A DNA stretch of 64,000 nt. Source: the human T2T-CHM13v2.0 reference genome, Homo sapiens. Below, in pieces: positions 16,731 to 33,923 of this stretch. Every line of letters starts with the position of its first letter. Within the stretch, counting starts at the first letter, position 1. Location of the stretch: the NCBI RefSeq assembly GCF_009914755.1, contig NC_060943.1; one strand, 5' to 3'. Below the pieces are notes generated by a model. That model worked only from the letters and a program-made list of their open reading frames with translations, ran no database searches and was not told where the DNA came from. The position numbers were made by a program, and so were the translations under genes.

Positions 16731-17070
16731 AGGAAGGAAGAAAGAAAGAAGGCAAGGCAGAGTGGTGGTTAGGTAAGGAGAAAGAGCAAGGTTGAAGGGG
16801 TGAGGTCCGGTTGGTGAGGAGCGGTCAATCAGAAAGGGGGCGGAGTTAAGCCCAAGGAGGTGTGGCCTGTGTGAGGGGGCGTGGCAGGCTTGTGTCTGCC
16901 GAGGAAATATCAGGGGAAGGAGAAGAGTCAGTGGGGAAGGGGAGGAGTCAGTAAGGAAAGGGAGGAGCCAAACAAAAACGCAGAGGTGGTGAGAGCAGAG
17001 GTCAAGGAATGGGGAAGTGTCCCACTGGAGATTCCCCCCTCACCCCTGTCTCTCCCCATCCCCTCCCCAG

Positions 17071-17211
17071 AGACAGTGCGCACGGCCACCCCCTTCCCCA
17101 TGGTCAGCCTCTTCCTCGTGTTCACGGCCTTCGTCATCAGCAACATCGGCCACATCCGCCCGCAGAGGACCATTCTGGCTTTTGTCTCTGGCATCTTCTT
17201 CATACTATCGG
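17071..17211 (+). CDS. CACNG7: TARP gamma-7 coding exon 3 (TM2 and start of TM3)
   Basis: 141 nt, CAG/GTGAG; TVRTATPFPMVSLFLVFTAFVISNIGHIRPQRTILAFVSGIFFILS(G). Confidence 0.97.
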
Positions 17212-18110
17212 GTGAGCCTAAGGACTTGGGGGTTGGGGGGGACCATTTCCAGTTCCAGGGACCTGTGGTTCCTTTTCCACTTAGCCACTTCCTTGCTGTG
17301 TGGCCTGGGAGGAGGTGCAGACCCTCTCTGAGCCCCACTTTCCTTCTATGTGCAATGGAAATAGCAGTGCCCATTGCAAAGCGTCCTTCAGAGGACCACA
17401 TTATAGCGAGGGCTTACTGGGTGCTAATTAGGTACCAGGCTCTATTCTCACACTCGCAACAACCTTGTGAGGTAAATCCTATTAATAGCCCATTTTACAG
17501 ATATGGAAACAGACACTCAGAGGGATGAAGTCATTTGCTTAGGGCCATACAACTAGTGAGAGGTAGAGCTGGGAATGAAACTCACGCAATTCGCCTCCGG
17601 AGGCTGTATTTTTAACCACTGCTGATAAACTGCAATTAACAGTTTACAAGGCTGCTTATTTTCTGTGCAATATTTTGTTTTAAATTTTTTCAAATAAATG
17701 GAAAAGTCCAAAGAACTGTATAGGGAACACCCATGTAGCCACCACTTAGAGTCAACCATTGACAGGTCACTAGACTTGCATGGTCTTGCGTCTGTCCATC
17801 TGTCTATATGTCCAACCATCCATCAATCCACCTTATTGTCTAGATGCATTTCAGAGTAAGTTTCAGGCATCACTACACTTCACCCTACTTACGTCATCGT
17901 ACACGTGATTAGCTAGAGTTCAATATTTGTTTACAGTTTTTTTTTCCTTCTTTTGAGGCACAAGCCTCTTTTGCATATGTGATCTCACACCCGTCTCCTA
18001 ACATCGCTACCCAGGAGTTATTATTAGCACTCACTTGATAACATGGGGGTACCAAGGCCCAGAATTGCATAGAGAGTTGCCCATAAGTACCAAGGCCCAG
18101 AATTGCATAG

Positions 18111-18994
<884 letters not shown>

Positions 18995-19940
18995 TAATTA
19001 AACTCAAATCAGGTTCTTGTAATTCAGTTGATAGTTTATGAACAAACCCCACTGCATGTCTCAGCTCCATTCTGTCCCCTGGGGCCGGCACTCAGCTCCC
19101 TCTTTTCAGTGGCTGTGCAAATCGTTGAAAAGGGATCCTCCAACTAAGCAACTAAGATCCAAAGCACCTGATCCAATATCCTCTCCTCCAGTCTCTGCTC
19201 CTCACCCAGGCTCCTCTTGGTGCAACCTCCCCCATGCCTTCAACCTAACCTGAAGAGACCTTTTCCAGGGAAAGCAGGGTGCAACCTCCGTGCAAACTTG
19301 AATCACAGCGGGTGGAGCCCAGACACTGAGCTAAAATAAGACACGGAGAATATCACGATCCTAGAGTGTGAGAGCGGAAAGGTCTCATCATTTTTCAAAT
19401 GGAAAAATAGTAGCCTAGAGACAAAAAGTGGGGCAAGAGTAGATAGCATGGGGATTTTTATTCAACCTGTCAAAATCATGATAAGGAAAGTCCCATTGTT
19501 TGCGGTTCACAGGAATGGAAACAGAGGCTCGAAGAGGCGACATAGCTTGTCAATGGCAGAACTGGATTGGAATCTAGGGTATTCTGATTCCTAAATCCAT
19601 GCTTATACCACCCACTGCACCAGGAACTGACTGCCCAAGGTCACGCTGAGGATCAGTGGTGCAGGCAGGCTGGAAGTCACGTCTCTAGGGTAACAATAGA
19701 GTAATTCGGAAGAGATTGAATCCAACTGCCTGAATTCCTTCCTAGCATTCATTTCACAGGCTATGACCTATGCACTCCACCCCAAGGTATCCAGGCATGT
19801 GCTGCCAAGCTTGGGGTGTATAGTGGCTGAAGGCCACATGTTGTAAACCTAGGAAGAATTGGGTTCAAATCTTGCCTCTACCACTTACGGTTTGAACCAA
19901 AGCCTTCTTTTGTGGAGTTATTGAGGGGACAAATCTTGAT

Positions 19941-20277
19941 CAGTGGTTGGCAAGCTTTTTCTGCTTAGGGCCAGATAGCAAATATTTTAGGCTACGTGAG
20001 CCATAGGTTCTCCGATGCAACTATTCAACTCTACTGGGATGCAACTTGGCCACTGTAGTACAAAAGCTGCCAGGTGTAAGCAAATGGGAGTGGCTATGTT
20101 CCAGTGACTATTTGTGGACTCTCAAATTTGAGTTCAATGTAATTTTCATGTGCATGAAATATTCTTCTTCTTTTGATTTTTTTTTAAATCAAAAGAAGAA
20201 TAATAGGTAAAAATCCTGCTTAGCTCACAAACCATACAAAAGCAGGCAATGGGCCAGGTCATCATTTGCCAACCCCT
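19941..20277 (+). mobile_element. MER58-like hAT DNA transposon remnant
   Basis: Terminal inverted repeats CAGTGGTTGGCAA / TTTGCCAACCCCT; internal GGGCCAGATAGCAAATATTTTAGGCT. Confidence 0.7.
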
Positions 20278-20444
20278 CATTTAGATCATGAATGTAAAGC
20301 ATCCGACCCACTGCCTGGACTGTAACAGTAAGCACTGAACACTTGTTGTTTTAAGTAAATAAATAAATGTAGTAATGATAGTAGTACTAGCGGTGGTGGT
20401 GCTGGTGCTGGTGATAGTAGCAGTAGTAGCAGTACGAGTAGTAA

Positions 20445-20770
<326 letters not shown>

Positions 20771-21020
20771 GTTGCCCTTATTTTGATTTTTTAATTTTTC
20801 TCCCCTTCTGGCCAAATTTCAAATTTTCCCAACCCAGCCTCCTCACCATGGCATTATGCTGCCCCACCAAGATTAAGATCACAAAAAAGAAGGAGATTTA
20901 ACAGGAGAAGTTAAGGACAGAAATAGTACCAATGCCTTGGGACTTGGAATGGAATAGCCTGGGGTGACTGCCTCCTGTTCGCAATGAGGAAACCAGGCCT
21001 CAGAGAGAGAAAGACAGGGA

Positions 21021-24000
21021 TTGCCCCAGACCTGGTCATTGGTGGAGTTGCCCAGGTCTGGTCATTGGTGGAGTTGTCCCAGTTCTGGTCATTGGTGGAG
21101 TTGTCCCCAGGCCTGGTCATTGGTGGACTTGCCCCAGGCTGGTCATTGGTGGAGTTGCCCCAGGCTGGTCATTGGTGGACTTGCCCCAGGTCTGGTCATT
21201 GGTGGAGTTGTCCCCAGGCCTGGTATTGGTGGAGTTGCCTCAGGTCTGGTCATTGGTGGAGTTGCCCCAGGCTGGTCATTGGTGGAGTTGCCCCAGGCTG
21301 GTCATTGGTGGAGTTGCCCCAGGCTGGTCATTGGTGGACTTGCCCCAGGCTGGTCATTGGTGGAGTTGTCCCCAGGCCTGGTATTGGTGGAGTTGCCCCA
21401 GGTCTGGTCATTGGTGGAGTTGCCCCAGGCTGGTCATTGGTGGAGTTGCCCAGGTCTGGTATTGGTGGAGTTGCCCCAGGCTGGTCATCGGTGGACTTGC
21501 CCCAGGCCCGGTATTGGTGGAGTTGCCCCAGGTCTGGTCATTGGTGGAGTTGCCCCAGGCTGGTCATTGGTGGACTTGCCCCAGGCTGGTCATTGGTGGA
21601 CTTGCCCCAGGCTGGTCATTGGTGGAGTTGTCCCCAGGCCTGGTATTGGTGGAGTTGCCCCAGGTCTGGTCATTGGTGGAGTTGTCCCCAGGCCTGGTAT
21701 TGGTGGAGTTGCCCCAGGTCTGGTCATTGGTGGACTTGCCCCAGGCTGGTCATTGGTGGACTTGCCCCAGGCTGGTCATTGGTGGAGTTGCCCCAGGCTG
21801 GTCATTGGTGGACTTGCCCCAGGCCTGGTCATTGGTGGACTTGCCCCAGGTCTGGTCATTGGTGGAGTTGTCCCCAGGCCTGGTATTGGTGGAGTTGCCC
21901 CAGGTCTGGTCATTGGTGGAGTTGCCCCAGGCTGGTCATTGGTGGACTTGCCCCAGGCTGGTCATTGGTGGAGTTGTCCCCAGGCCTGGTATTGGTGGAG
22001 TTGCCCCAGGTCTGGTCATTGGTGGAGTTGCCCCAGGTCTGGTCATTGGTGGAGTTGCCCCAGGTCTGGTCATTGGTGGAGTTGCCTCAGGTCTGGTCAT
22101 TGGTGGACTTGCCCCAGGTCTGGTCATTGGTGGACTTGCCCCAGGCTGGTCATTGGTGGAGTCGTCCCCAGGTCTGGTCATTGGTGGAGTTGCCCCAGGT
22201 CTGGTCATTGGTGGAGTTGCCCCAGGCTGGTCATTGGTGGAGTTGCCCCAGGTCTGGTATTGCTGGAGTTGTCCCCAGGCCTGGTCATTGGTGGAGTTGC
22301 CCCAGGTCTGGTATTGGTGGAGTTGCCCCAGGTCTGGTCATTGGTGGAGTTGCCCCAGGCTGGTCATTGGTGGAGTTGCCCCAGGTCTGGTCATTGGTGG
22401 ACTTGCCCCAGGTCTGGTCATTGGTGGAGTTGCCTCAGGTCTGGTCATTGGCGGACTTGCCCCAGGTCTGGTCATTGGTGGACTTGCCCCAGGCTGGTCA
22501 TTGGTGGAGTCGTCCCCAGGTCTGGTCATTGGTGGAGTTGCCTCAGGTCTGGTCATTGGTGGAGTTGCCCCAGGCTGGTCATTGGTGGAGTTGCCCCAGG
22601 TCTGGTATTGCTGGAGTTGTCCCCAGGCCTGGTCATTGGTGGAGTTGCCCCAGGTCTGGTATTGGTGGAGTTGCCCCAGGTCTGGTCATTGGTGGAGTTG
22701 CCCCAGGCTGGTCATTGGTGGAGTTGCCCCAGGTCTGGTCATTGGTGGAGTCGTCCCCAGGTCTGGTCATTGGTGGACTTGCCCCAGGTCTGGTCATTGG
22801 TGGAGCTGTCCCAGGCTGGTCATTGGTGGAGCTGTCCCCAGGCCTGGTATTGGTGGAGTTGTCCCCAGGCCTGGTCATTGGTGGAGTTGCCCCAGGCCTG
22901 GTCATTGGTGGAGTTGTCCCCAGGTCTGGTCATTGGTGGAGTTGTCCCAGGCTGGTCATTGGTGGAGTTGCCCCAGGTCTGGTATTGGTGGAGTTGTCCC
23001 CAGGTCTGGTCATTGGTGGAGTTGCCCCAGGTCTGGTCATTGGTGCAGTTGTCCCCAGGTCTGGTCATTGGTGGAGTTGTCCCCAGGCCTGGTCATTGGT
23101 GGAATTGTCCCCAGGCCTGGTCATTGGTGGAGTTGTCCCAGGTCTGGTCATTGGTGGAGTTGTCCCAGGCTGGTCATTGGTGGAGTTGCCCCAGGTCTGG
23201 TCATTGGTGGAGTTGTCCCAGGTCTGGTCATTGGTGGAGTTGTCCCAGGCTGGTCATTGGTGGAGTTGCCCCAGGTCTGGTCATTGGTGGAGTTGTCCCA
23301 GGTCTGGTCATTGGTGCAGTTGCCCCAGGTCTGGTCATTGGTGGAGTTGTCCCAGGCCTGGTCATTGGTGGAGTTGTCCCCAGGCCTGGTCATTGGTGGA
23401 GTTGTCCCAGGCTGGTCATCGGTGGAGTTGCCCCAGGTCTGGTCATTGGTGGAGTTGCCCCAGGTCTGGTCATTGGTGGAGTTGTCCCAGGTCTGGTCAT
23501 TGGTGGAGTTGTCCCAGGTCTGGTCATTGGTGGAGTTGTCCCAGGCTGGTCATTGGTGGAGTTGCCCCAGGTCTGGTCATTGGTGGAGTTGTCCCAGGTC
23601 TGGTCATTGGTGCAGTTGCCCCAGGTCTGGTCATTGGTGGAGTTGACTCAGGCTGGTCATTGGTGGAGTTGCCCCAGGCCTGGTCATTGGTGGAGTTGCC
23701 CCAGGTCTGGTCATTGGTGGAGTTGTCCCCAGGTCTGGTATTGGTGGAGTTGTCCCCAGGTCTGGTATTGGTGGAGTTTTCCCCAGGTCTGGTATTGGTG
23801 GAGTTGTCCCCAGGCCTGGTCATTGGTGGAGTTGTCCCAGGTCTGGTCATTGGTGGAGTTGTCCCAGGCTGGTCATTGGTGGAGTTGCCCCAGGTCTGGT
23901 CATTGGTGGAGTTGCCCCAGGTCTGGTCATTGGTGGAGTTGTCCCAGGTCTGGTCATTGGTGGAGTTGTCCCAGGCTGGTCATTGGTGGAGTTGCCCCAG

Positions 24001-26135
24001 GTCTGGTCATTGGTGGAGTTGTCCCAGGTCTGGTCATTGGTGGAGTTGTCCCAGGTCTGGTCATTGGTGCAGTTGCCCCAGGTCTGGTCATTGGTGGAGT
24101 TGTCCTAGGCCTGGTCATTGGTGGAGTTGTCCCCAGGCCTGGTCATTGGTGGAGTTGTCCCAGGCTGGTCATTGGTGGAGTTGCCCCAGGTCTGGTCATT
24201 GGTGGAGTTGTCCCAGGTCTGGTCATTGGTGGAGTTGTCCCAGGTCTGGTCATTGGTGGAGTTGCCCCAGGTCTGGTCATTGGTGGAGTTGCCCCAGGTC
24301 TGGTCATTGGTGCAGTTGCCCCAGGTCTGGTCATTGGTGGAGTTGCCCCAGGCCTGGTCATTGGTGGAGTTGCCCCAGGCCTGGTCATTGGTGGAGTTGC
24401 CCCAGGTCTGGTCATTGGTGGAGTTGTCCCCAGGTCTGGTATTGGTGGAGTTGTCCCCAGGTCTGGTATTGGTGGAGTTGTCCCCAGGCCTGGTCATTGG
24501 TGGAGTTGTCCCCAGGCCTGGTCATTGGTGGAGTTGCCCCAGGCCTGGTCATTGGTGGAGTTGTCCCCAGGTCTGGTCATTGGTGGAGTTGTCCCCAGGT
24601 CTGGGTATTGGTGGACTTGCCCCAGGTCTGGTCATTGGTGGACTTGCCCCAGGTCTGGTCATTGGTGGAGTTGGTCCCAGGTCTGGTCATTGGTGTAGTT
24701 GTCCCAGGTCTGGTCATTGGTGCAGTTGCCCCAGGTCTGGTCATTGGTGGAGTTGCCCCAGGTCTGGTCATTGGTGGACTTGCCCCAGGTCTGGTCATTG
24801 GTGGAGTTGCCCCAGGCCTGGTCATTGGTGGACTTGCCGCAGGTCTGGTCATTGGTGGAGTTGTCCCCAGGTCTGGTCATTGGTGGAGTTGTCCCCAGGC
24901 CTGGTCATTGGTGGAGTTGCCCCAGGTCTGGTCATTGGTGGAGTTGTCCCAGGTCTGGTCATTGGTGGAGTTGTCCGAGGTCTGGTATTGGTGGAGTTGT
25001 CCCCAGGCCTGGTTATTGGTGGAGTTGCCCCAGGTCTGGTATTGGTGGAGTTGTCCGAGGTCTGGTATTGGTGGAGTTGCCCCAGGCTGGTCATTGGTGG
25101 AGTTGCCCAGGCTGGTCATTGGTGGACTTGCCCCAGGCTGGTCATTGGTGGAGTTGTCCGAGGTCTGGTATTGGTGGAGTTGCCCCAGGTCTGGTATTGG
25201 TGGAGTTGCCCCAGTTCTGGTATTGGTGGAGTTGCCCCAGGTCTGGTCATTGGTGGACTTGCCTAGGGCTGGTCATTGGTGGACTTGCCTAGGGCTGGTC
25301 ATTGGTGGACTTGCCCCAGGTCTGGTCATTGGTGGAGTTGCCCCAGGTCTGGTCATTGGTGGACTTGCCCCAGGCTGGTCATTGGTGTACTTGCCCCAGG
25401 TCTGGTCATTGGTGGAGCTGCCCCAGGTCTGGTCATTGGTGGAGTTGTCCCAGGCTGGTGATTGGTGGTGTTGTCCGAGGTCTGGTATTGGTGGAGTTGC
25501 CCCAGGTCTGGTATTGGTGGAGTTGCCCCAGGTCTGGTATTGGTGGAGTTGCCCCAGGTCTGGTCATTGGTGGACTTGCCTAGGGCTGGTCATTGGTGGA
25601 CTTGCCCCAGGTCTGGTCATTGGTGGAGTTGCCCCAGGTCTGGTCATTGGTGGACTTGCCCCAGGCTGGTCATTGGCGGACTTGCCCCAGGTCTGGTCAT
25701 TGGTGGAGTTGCCCCAGGTCTGGTCATTGGTGGAGTTGTCCCAGGTCTGGTCATTGGTGGAGTTGTCCCCAGGCCTGGTCATTGGTGGAGTTGCCCCAGG
25801 TCTGGTATTGGTGGAGTTGCCCCAGGTCTGGTATTGGTGGAGTTGCCCCAGGTCTGGTCATTGGTGGAGTTGTCCCAGGCTGGTCATTGGTGGACTTGCC
25901 ACAGGTATGGCCATTGGTGGAGTTGCCCCAGGCTGGTCATTGGTGGACTTGCCCCAGGTCTGGTCATTGGTGGACTTGCCCCAGGCTGGTCATTGGTGGA
26001 GTTGTCCCAGGCTGGTCATTGGTGGACTTGCCCCAGGTCTGGTCATTGGTGGACTTGCCCCAGGCTGGTCATTGGTGGACTTGCCCCAGGCTGGTCATTG
26101 GGGGAGTTGCCCCAGGTCTGGTATTGGTGGAGTTG
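21021..26135 (+). repeat. 5.1-kb minisatellite/VNTR, 25-28 bp unit GGTCTGGTCATTGGTGGAGTTGCCCCA, about 190 copies, in the long CACNG7 intron
   Basis: Directly visible tandem array with variant units. Confidence 0.99.
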
Positions 26136-27103
26136 GCATTCAATTGTGGAGAAACCAGTGGAAGGGCTCAGGCAGGAGGATTACGGTCACAGCTGCGCAT
26201 TAAATGTCTCACAGGGACCTCTGCTGGGGATGGACTAGAGGGAAAGAGACTGGAAATGTACAAACTGAGGATGCTTGTGTAGTGGCCCAGGCCGTAGCAG
26301 ATAAGGTCTGTGCTGGGGCTGGAGATGTGAGGAAAAGGCAATTGGATGGCCATGTGAGAGAGGGATATTGATGGAAGAATCAATAGAATCAGATGACTGA
26401 CTGGATGTGGTTGGTAGAAGTGGGAGGAAGCTAGACGGGCATTGTTTTTTTTCCAGGTCATAAGAGGCATGTGCATGCCTGTCCCACATTAGCCCCTGAT
26501 CATTAAACATGATCTGTGGATATGCTTATTCATTCAATCTTCAGATGTCCTGTATACCAGGCCCTGTCCTTGGCACAGAAAACACAATTAAATCTCATGT
26601 GTAGCCCATGTGCACTCACTCACAGAACAGCTCCCGACTACCTGTCAGTCAAAGCTTTTCACACTTTTTCTTAAATCCCTTCAATAGATCCCCATTGCAC
26701 TTAGAATACACCCAAATGCCTCAGTCTGTCCTCCAACGTCTTCTATGATTTGGCTACTGCTCAGATCTCTGACCTCATCTCCTCACCCACTAGCACTCTC
26801 CGCATTGCTTGTAACTTCAGCCACACTGGCCTCATTCTTCTCCTTGAAAATGCTAATCACAGCCTCACCTCAGGACTTCGTACACTCATTATTCCTCCCT
26901 GCTTGGAAGTCCTTTCCCCACCTCCAACTCCACCCGACCCTAATTCTCAGAAGCCTCAAACTTTTTCTCTTCAGAGTTGCTTTCTCTGACAACAGTACCT
27001 AGTATTCCCTTACCCTGGCGATACTATCACATGCTTTATTTCATATTTTTTCATAGCATTTATTGCTACTGTTGTGCCATTTGTTTTTTGTCTTCTTGTA
27101 TCA

Positions 27104-27355
<252 letters not shown>

Positions 27356-27526
27356 CTAAGCCAAGATCATGCCACTGCACTCTAGCTTGGTCGACAGAAC
27401 AAGACTCTGTCTCAGAAAAAAGAAGAGTGAGGGGGATGCTGAGACCTTTTCTTTCCTTTTTCTTTTTTTCTTTTTTTTTGAGACAGAGTCTTGCTTTGTC
27501 ACCCAGGCTGGAGTACAGTGGCGTGA

Positions 27527-27766
<240 letters not shown>

Positions 27767-28119
27767 TAGAGGTGTTGTTTGTATGAAGTGCAAACTGAAA
27801 TATTTCCAGAATGAGTGAGGGCAGAAGGGATGAGTGACAGTCTTGCATATTCTAAGAAAAGGGAAGATGCATTAACCTGACATAGTAGGGTGCTCTGGAG
27901 AGGGTGAGAGAGACCAGGGAGGGCTCCCAGGAAAAGGTGACAGCTAAGTTGATGCCGAAAGGGTCAGGGGGAAATTTTCAAGTCCAGAAAGAAAAGAGCC
28001 TGGTTTGGAGATGGGATTCACAGCATGCGATAAGGTCCTAGAAAGGAGCTAGGACAGGCCAGCCATGGTGGCTCACGCCTGTAATCCCAGCACATTGGGA
28101 GGCCGAGGCAGGCAGGTCA

Positions 28120-28431
<312 letters not shown>

Positions 28432-28597
28432 TCAAGTCAGGATGGTTCTATTCAGCTTGGAATGTAGGTGACTCTTGCCTACTGTGCTTTAAGAATTACA
28501 AAGCAGATGTAGTTGAGGGGGTGGGAGGAGAGTAAGAGAGTTGGATTGCAGAGATAGAAAGGGGGAAGGGAGGGGGGAAAAGAGAAAGGGAAAATAA

Positions 28598-29011
<414 letters not shown>

Positions 29012-29498
29012 TGATCTGCCCACCTCAGCCTCCCAAAGTGCTGAGATTACAGGCATGAGCCACCGCACCTGGCAGAATGTTTGTTATTTAGAGCTGTAAT
29101 GTGAAACTTGGACCTTAAGTCTGGGGTTGGAGTGAACTATGAGGCAGGTGTTGTCAGCAGGAACCAGATCACAGACAGCCTGGAACGACAGGCTGACTTG
29201 TTTCTCCTGTGGACAATGAGGAGCCAAGGAAGAGTTCTGAGCCTGGAGGGATAGAGTCTGCTTTGGGTTTCAGAAACGGAGATGAGGATTTTGGAACAAT
29301 GGTACAAACATACAGAATAAGGCCTGAAGGCCGGGCACGGTAGCTCACGCCTGTAATCCCAGCACTTTGGGAGGCTGAGGTTGGCGGATCACGAAGTCAG
29401 GGGTTCGAGACCAGCCTGGCCAACATGGTGAAACCCCATCTCTACTAAAAATACAAAAATTAGCCGGGCATGGTGGCGCACGTCTGTAATCTCAGCTA

Positions 29499-29826
<328 letters not shown>

Positions 29827-29930
29827 TTAGGCACTGCAGTGAATGTGATTTTTGGGCTTCCTTCAATCTTCCTTTGCTATAAACCTGCTCATATTTCAAG
29901 ACCAATCTCAGGTGCATTTTCACCATGTAA

Positions 29931-30223
<293 letters not shown>

Positions 30224-30652
30224 TGAACCACCACGCCCAGCCTATAATCACTCCCTTACTGCGTCTCAACATTATGGAATACTAGAAGTTGAAAGTGTTA
30301 TGGAAGTTCAGAGCAAGGGAAAAGTTAATTCTTGGAAGGGATAGAGGAATGGTGGGATTTAGAGTGAATGGGCTTTTCTAGATGTTCCAGCTGCATAGCA
30401 AGTATGTTCTTCATCCATTCAAAGAGAATTGACTACTTGATGGAGAATAATAAAAAACAAGGTGGACTTGTTTCTAGCATCATGGAGTTCCTAGCATCTA
30501 ACTGGGGATGGAGGAGATGTCTAATAAAAAAGTAACAAATAGATAATATAATGTTAGATGGTGCTACATGCTACAAAAAAAAAAAAAAAAAAAGCAGGTT
30601 AGGAGGAGAGTGATGGGGAGGGGTTATTATATTATCCCACCCACCTGAATAA

Positions 30653-31053
<401 letters not shown>

Positions 31054-32187
31054 TAGTAGAGACGGGGTTTCACTGTGTTAGCCAGGATGGTCTTGAACTC
31101 CTGACCTCATGATCTGCCCACCTAGGCCTCCCAAAGTGCTGGGATTACAGGCCTGAGCCACCGCACTGGGCCAATTTTTGTATTTTTAGTAGAGATGGTG
31201 TTTCACCATGTTGGCCAGGCTGGTCTTGAACTCCTGACCTCAGGTGATCTGCCCTCAGCCTCCCAAAGTGTTGGGATTATAGGTGTGAGCCACTGTGCCC
31301 GGCCCCACCTCACTTTTTAAACACACCACACACAGATTTTTTTTGGCTTTAGCATTTGAAAGTAAATTGCATACATGTTGATAGTTCATCTCTAAAATTA
31401 AGTGTTAGTATGCATCCTTTAAGGCTAAGGGTCGGGTGCTGTGGCCTCACTTTGGGAGGCCGAGGTGGGCACATTACTTGAGCTCAGGAGTTCAAAACCA
31501 GCCTGGGCAACATGGTAAAATCCCGTCTCTCCAAAAATTACCAAAAGTCAGCCAGGCATGGGGCATGCACCTGCAGTCCCAGCTACTCAGGAGGGTGAGC
31601 TGGGAGGATGGCTTGAGCCCAGGAGGCAGAGGTCGCCATAAGCTGAGATCGTGCCACTACACTTCAGCCTGGGCAACAGAGCCAGATCTTGTCTCTAAAT
31701 AAATAAATAAATAGAAGAATAATACATTCGTCTACGTAACTACAACAACATTATCAGACATGGACGTTTTATAATTCCATAATACAATTTAATACATTTT
31801 TAAACTGTCCTGGCTATTTCAAGAATGTCTTTTATAACTCTTTCCCTAGAACCAGGATTCATTCTAGGTCCATGCATGACATTTAGTTAATAAGTCTCTT
31901 TTTTGGCTGGGCGCAGTGGCTCATGCCTATAATCCCAGCACTTTGGGAGGCCGAGCTGGGCAGACCATTTGAGGTCAGGTGTTTGAGACCAGCCTGACCA
32001 ACATGGTGAAACCCCATCTCTATTAAAATACAAAAAAGTTAGCCAGGTGTGGTGGTGCATGCCTGTAGTCCCAGCTACTCAGGAAGCTGAGGCAGGAGAA
32101 TCGCTTGAACTCAGGAGGTGGAGGTTGCAGTGAGCTGAGATCACACCACTGCATCCAGCCTAGGTGACAGAGTAAGACTCTGTCTAA

Positions 32188-32466
<279 letters not shown>

Positions 32467-33761
32467 TAGCCAGGATGGTCTCGATCTCCTGACCTCGTGA
32501 TCCGCCTGCCTCAGCCTTCCAAAGTGCTGGGATTACAGGCGTGAGCCACTGTGCCCGGCCAGCACTGACTTTTTAAATATATCTCATTATTAAAATATAA
32601 AAAGAAGCCAAGCACAGTGACTCGAGCCTGTAGTATTAGCTACTCTGGAGGCTGAGGTGGAAGAATCGCTTTGAACCCAGGAGATGGAGGCTGCAGTGAG
32701 CTATGATGGTACCACTGCACTCCAGCCTGGGCAACAGAGTAAGGCCCTGTCTAAAAAAAAAAAAAAAAAAAAGAATTAAAAAATAAAATAAAATATAGAA
32801 AGAATAGTATAATGAAATTCATGGATCCTGCACTCAGTTTCAACAATTACCAACATATGGCAAATCTGTTTTTAGTCATATTGCCATGTCCTCTTCTGCA
32901 TTTCACTACATTATTTTAAAGCCAGTCTCAGACATCATTTGATTCACAGATATTTCAGTATATCTCTGAGTTATAAGTAGTCTTTTATTTACTATAACCA
33001 CAATCCCATGATCAAGCCCAAGCAACTAAGAATAATTACTTAATATTATCTCATATCTAGTTAATGCTCACTCTTCCCCATTGGCCTCATAAATGCCTCT
33101 TTCTAGTTCATTTGTTGCAAATCCAGATCCAAGTTCCACATGTACATTGAGTTGATAGATCTCTGAAGCCTCTTTCAACCTAAAACGGTCCCTCTCCTAT
33201 TTTTTTCTGGCCATTTATTTTTTTGAGAAATTTGCATTTTTGTTATGTGGAATTCCCACATTGCAGTTTTCCAATGGAATCTTCTGTTGTCGTTTAATAT
33301 GTTCATCTATTTCAGTGTTTTCTTTTCTCTCTCCTTTTTTTTTTTTTTTTTGAGACTGAGTTCCGCTCTTGTCGTCCAGGCACTGCAACCTCCGCCTCCC
33401 AGGTTAAAGCGATTCTCTGGCCTCAGCCTCCCGAGTAACTGGGATTACAGGCATCTGCCATCACGCCCGGCTAATTTTGTATTTTAATAGAGATGGGGTT
33501 TCGCCATGTTGGCCAGGCTGGTCTCAAACTCCTGACCTCAGGTGATCCGCCCGCATTGGCCTCCCAAAGTGCTGGGATTACAGCACTTTGTGCGTGAGCC
33601 ACTGAGCCCAGCCTTTTCTTTTTTTGAGACAGAGTCTCACTCTGTCACCCAGGCTGGAGTGCAGTGGTGCAATCTCGGCTCACTGCAACCTCCACCTCCT
33701 GGGTTCTGCAACCTCCACCTCCTGGGTTCAAGTGATTCTCCAGCCTCAGCCTCCTGAGTAG

Positions 33762-33923
<162 letters not shown>

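Noticed and set aside
21021-26135. CRISPR-like array
   Set aside because: Head-to-tail units with no unique spacers and no cas genes; human intronic minisatellite
21021-26282. Other long + frame ORFs and the short - strand MTRPG... ORFs in the VNTR
   Set aside because: Frame-shifted by-products of the repeat; the + ones mostly begin at non-ATG codons and the - ones are bounded by the repeat's own TGA
33683-33730. 23-bp tandem duplication inside an Alu
   Set aside because: Ordinary slippage event with no functional hint
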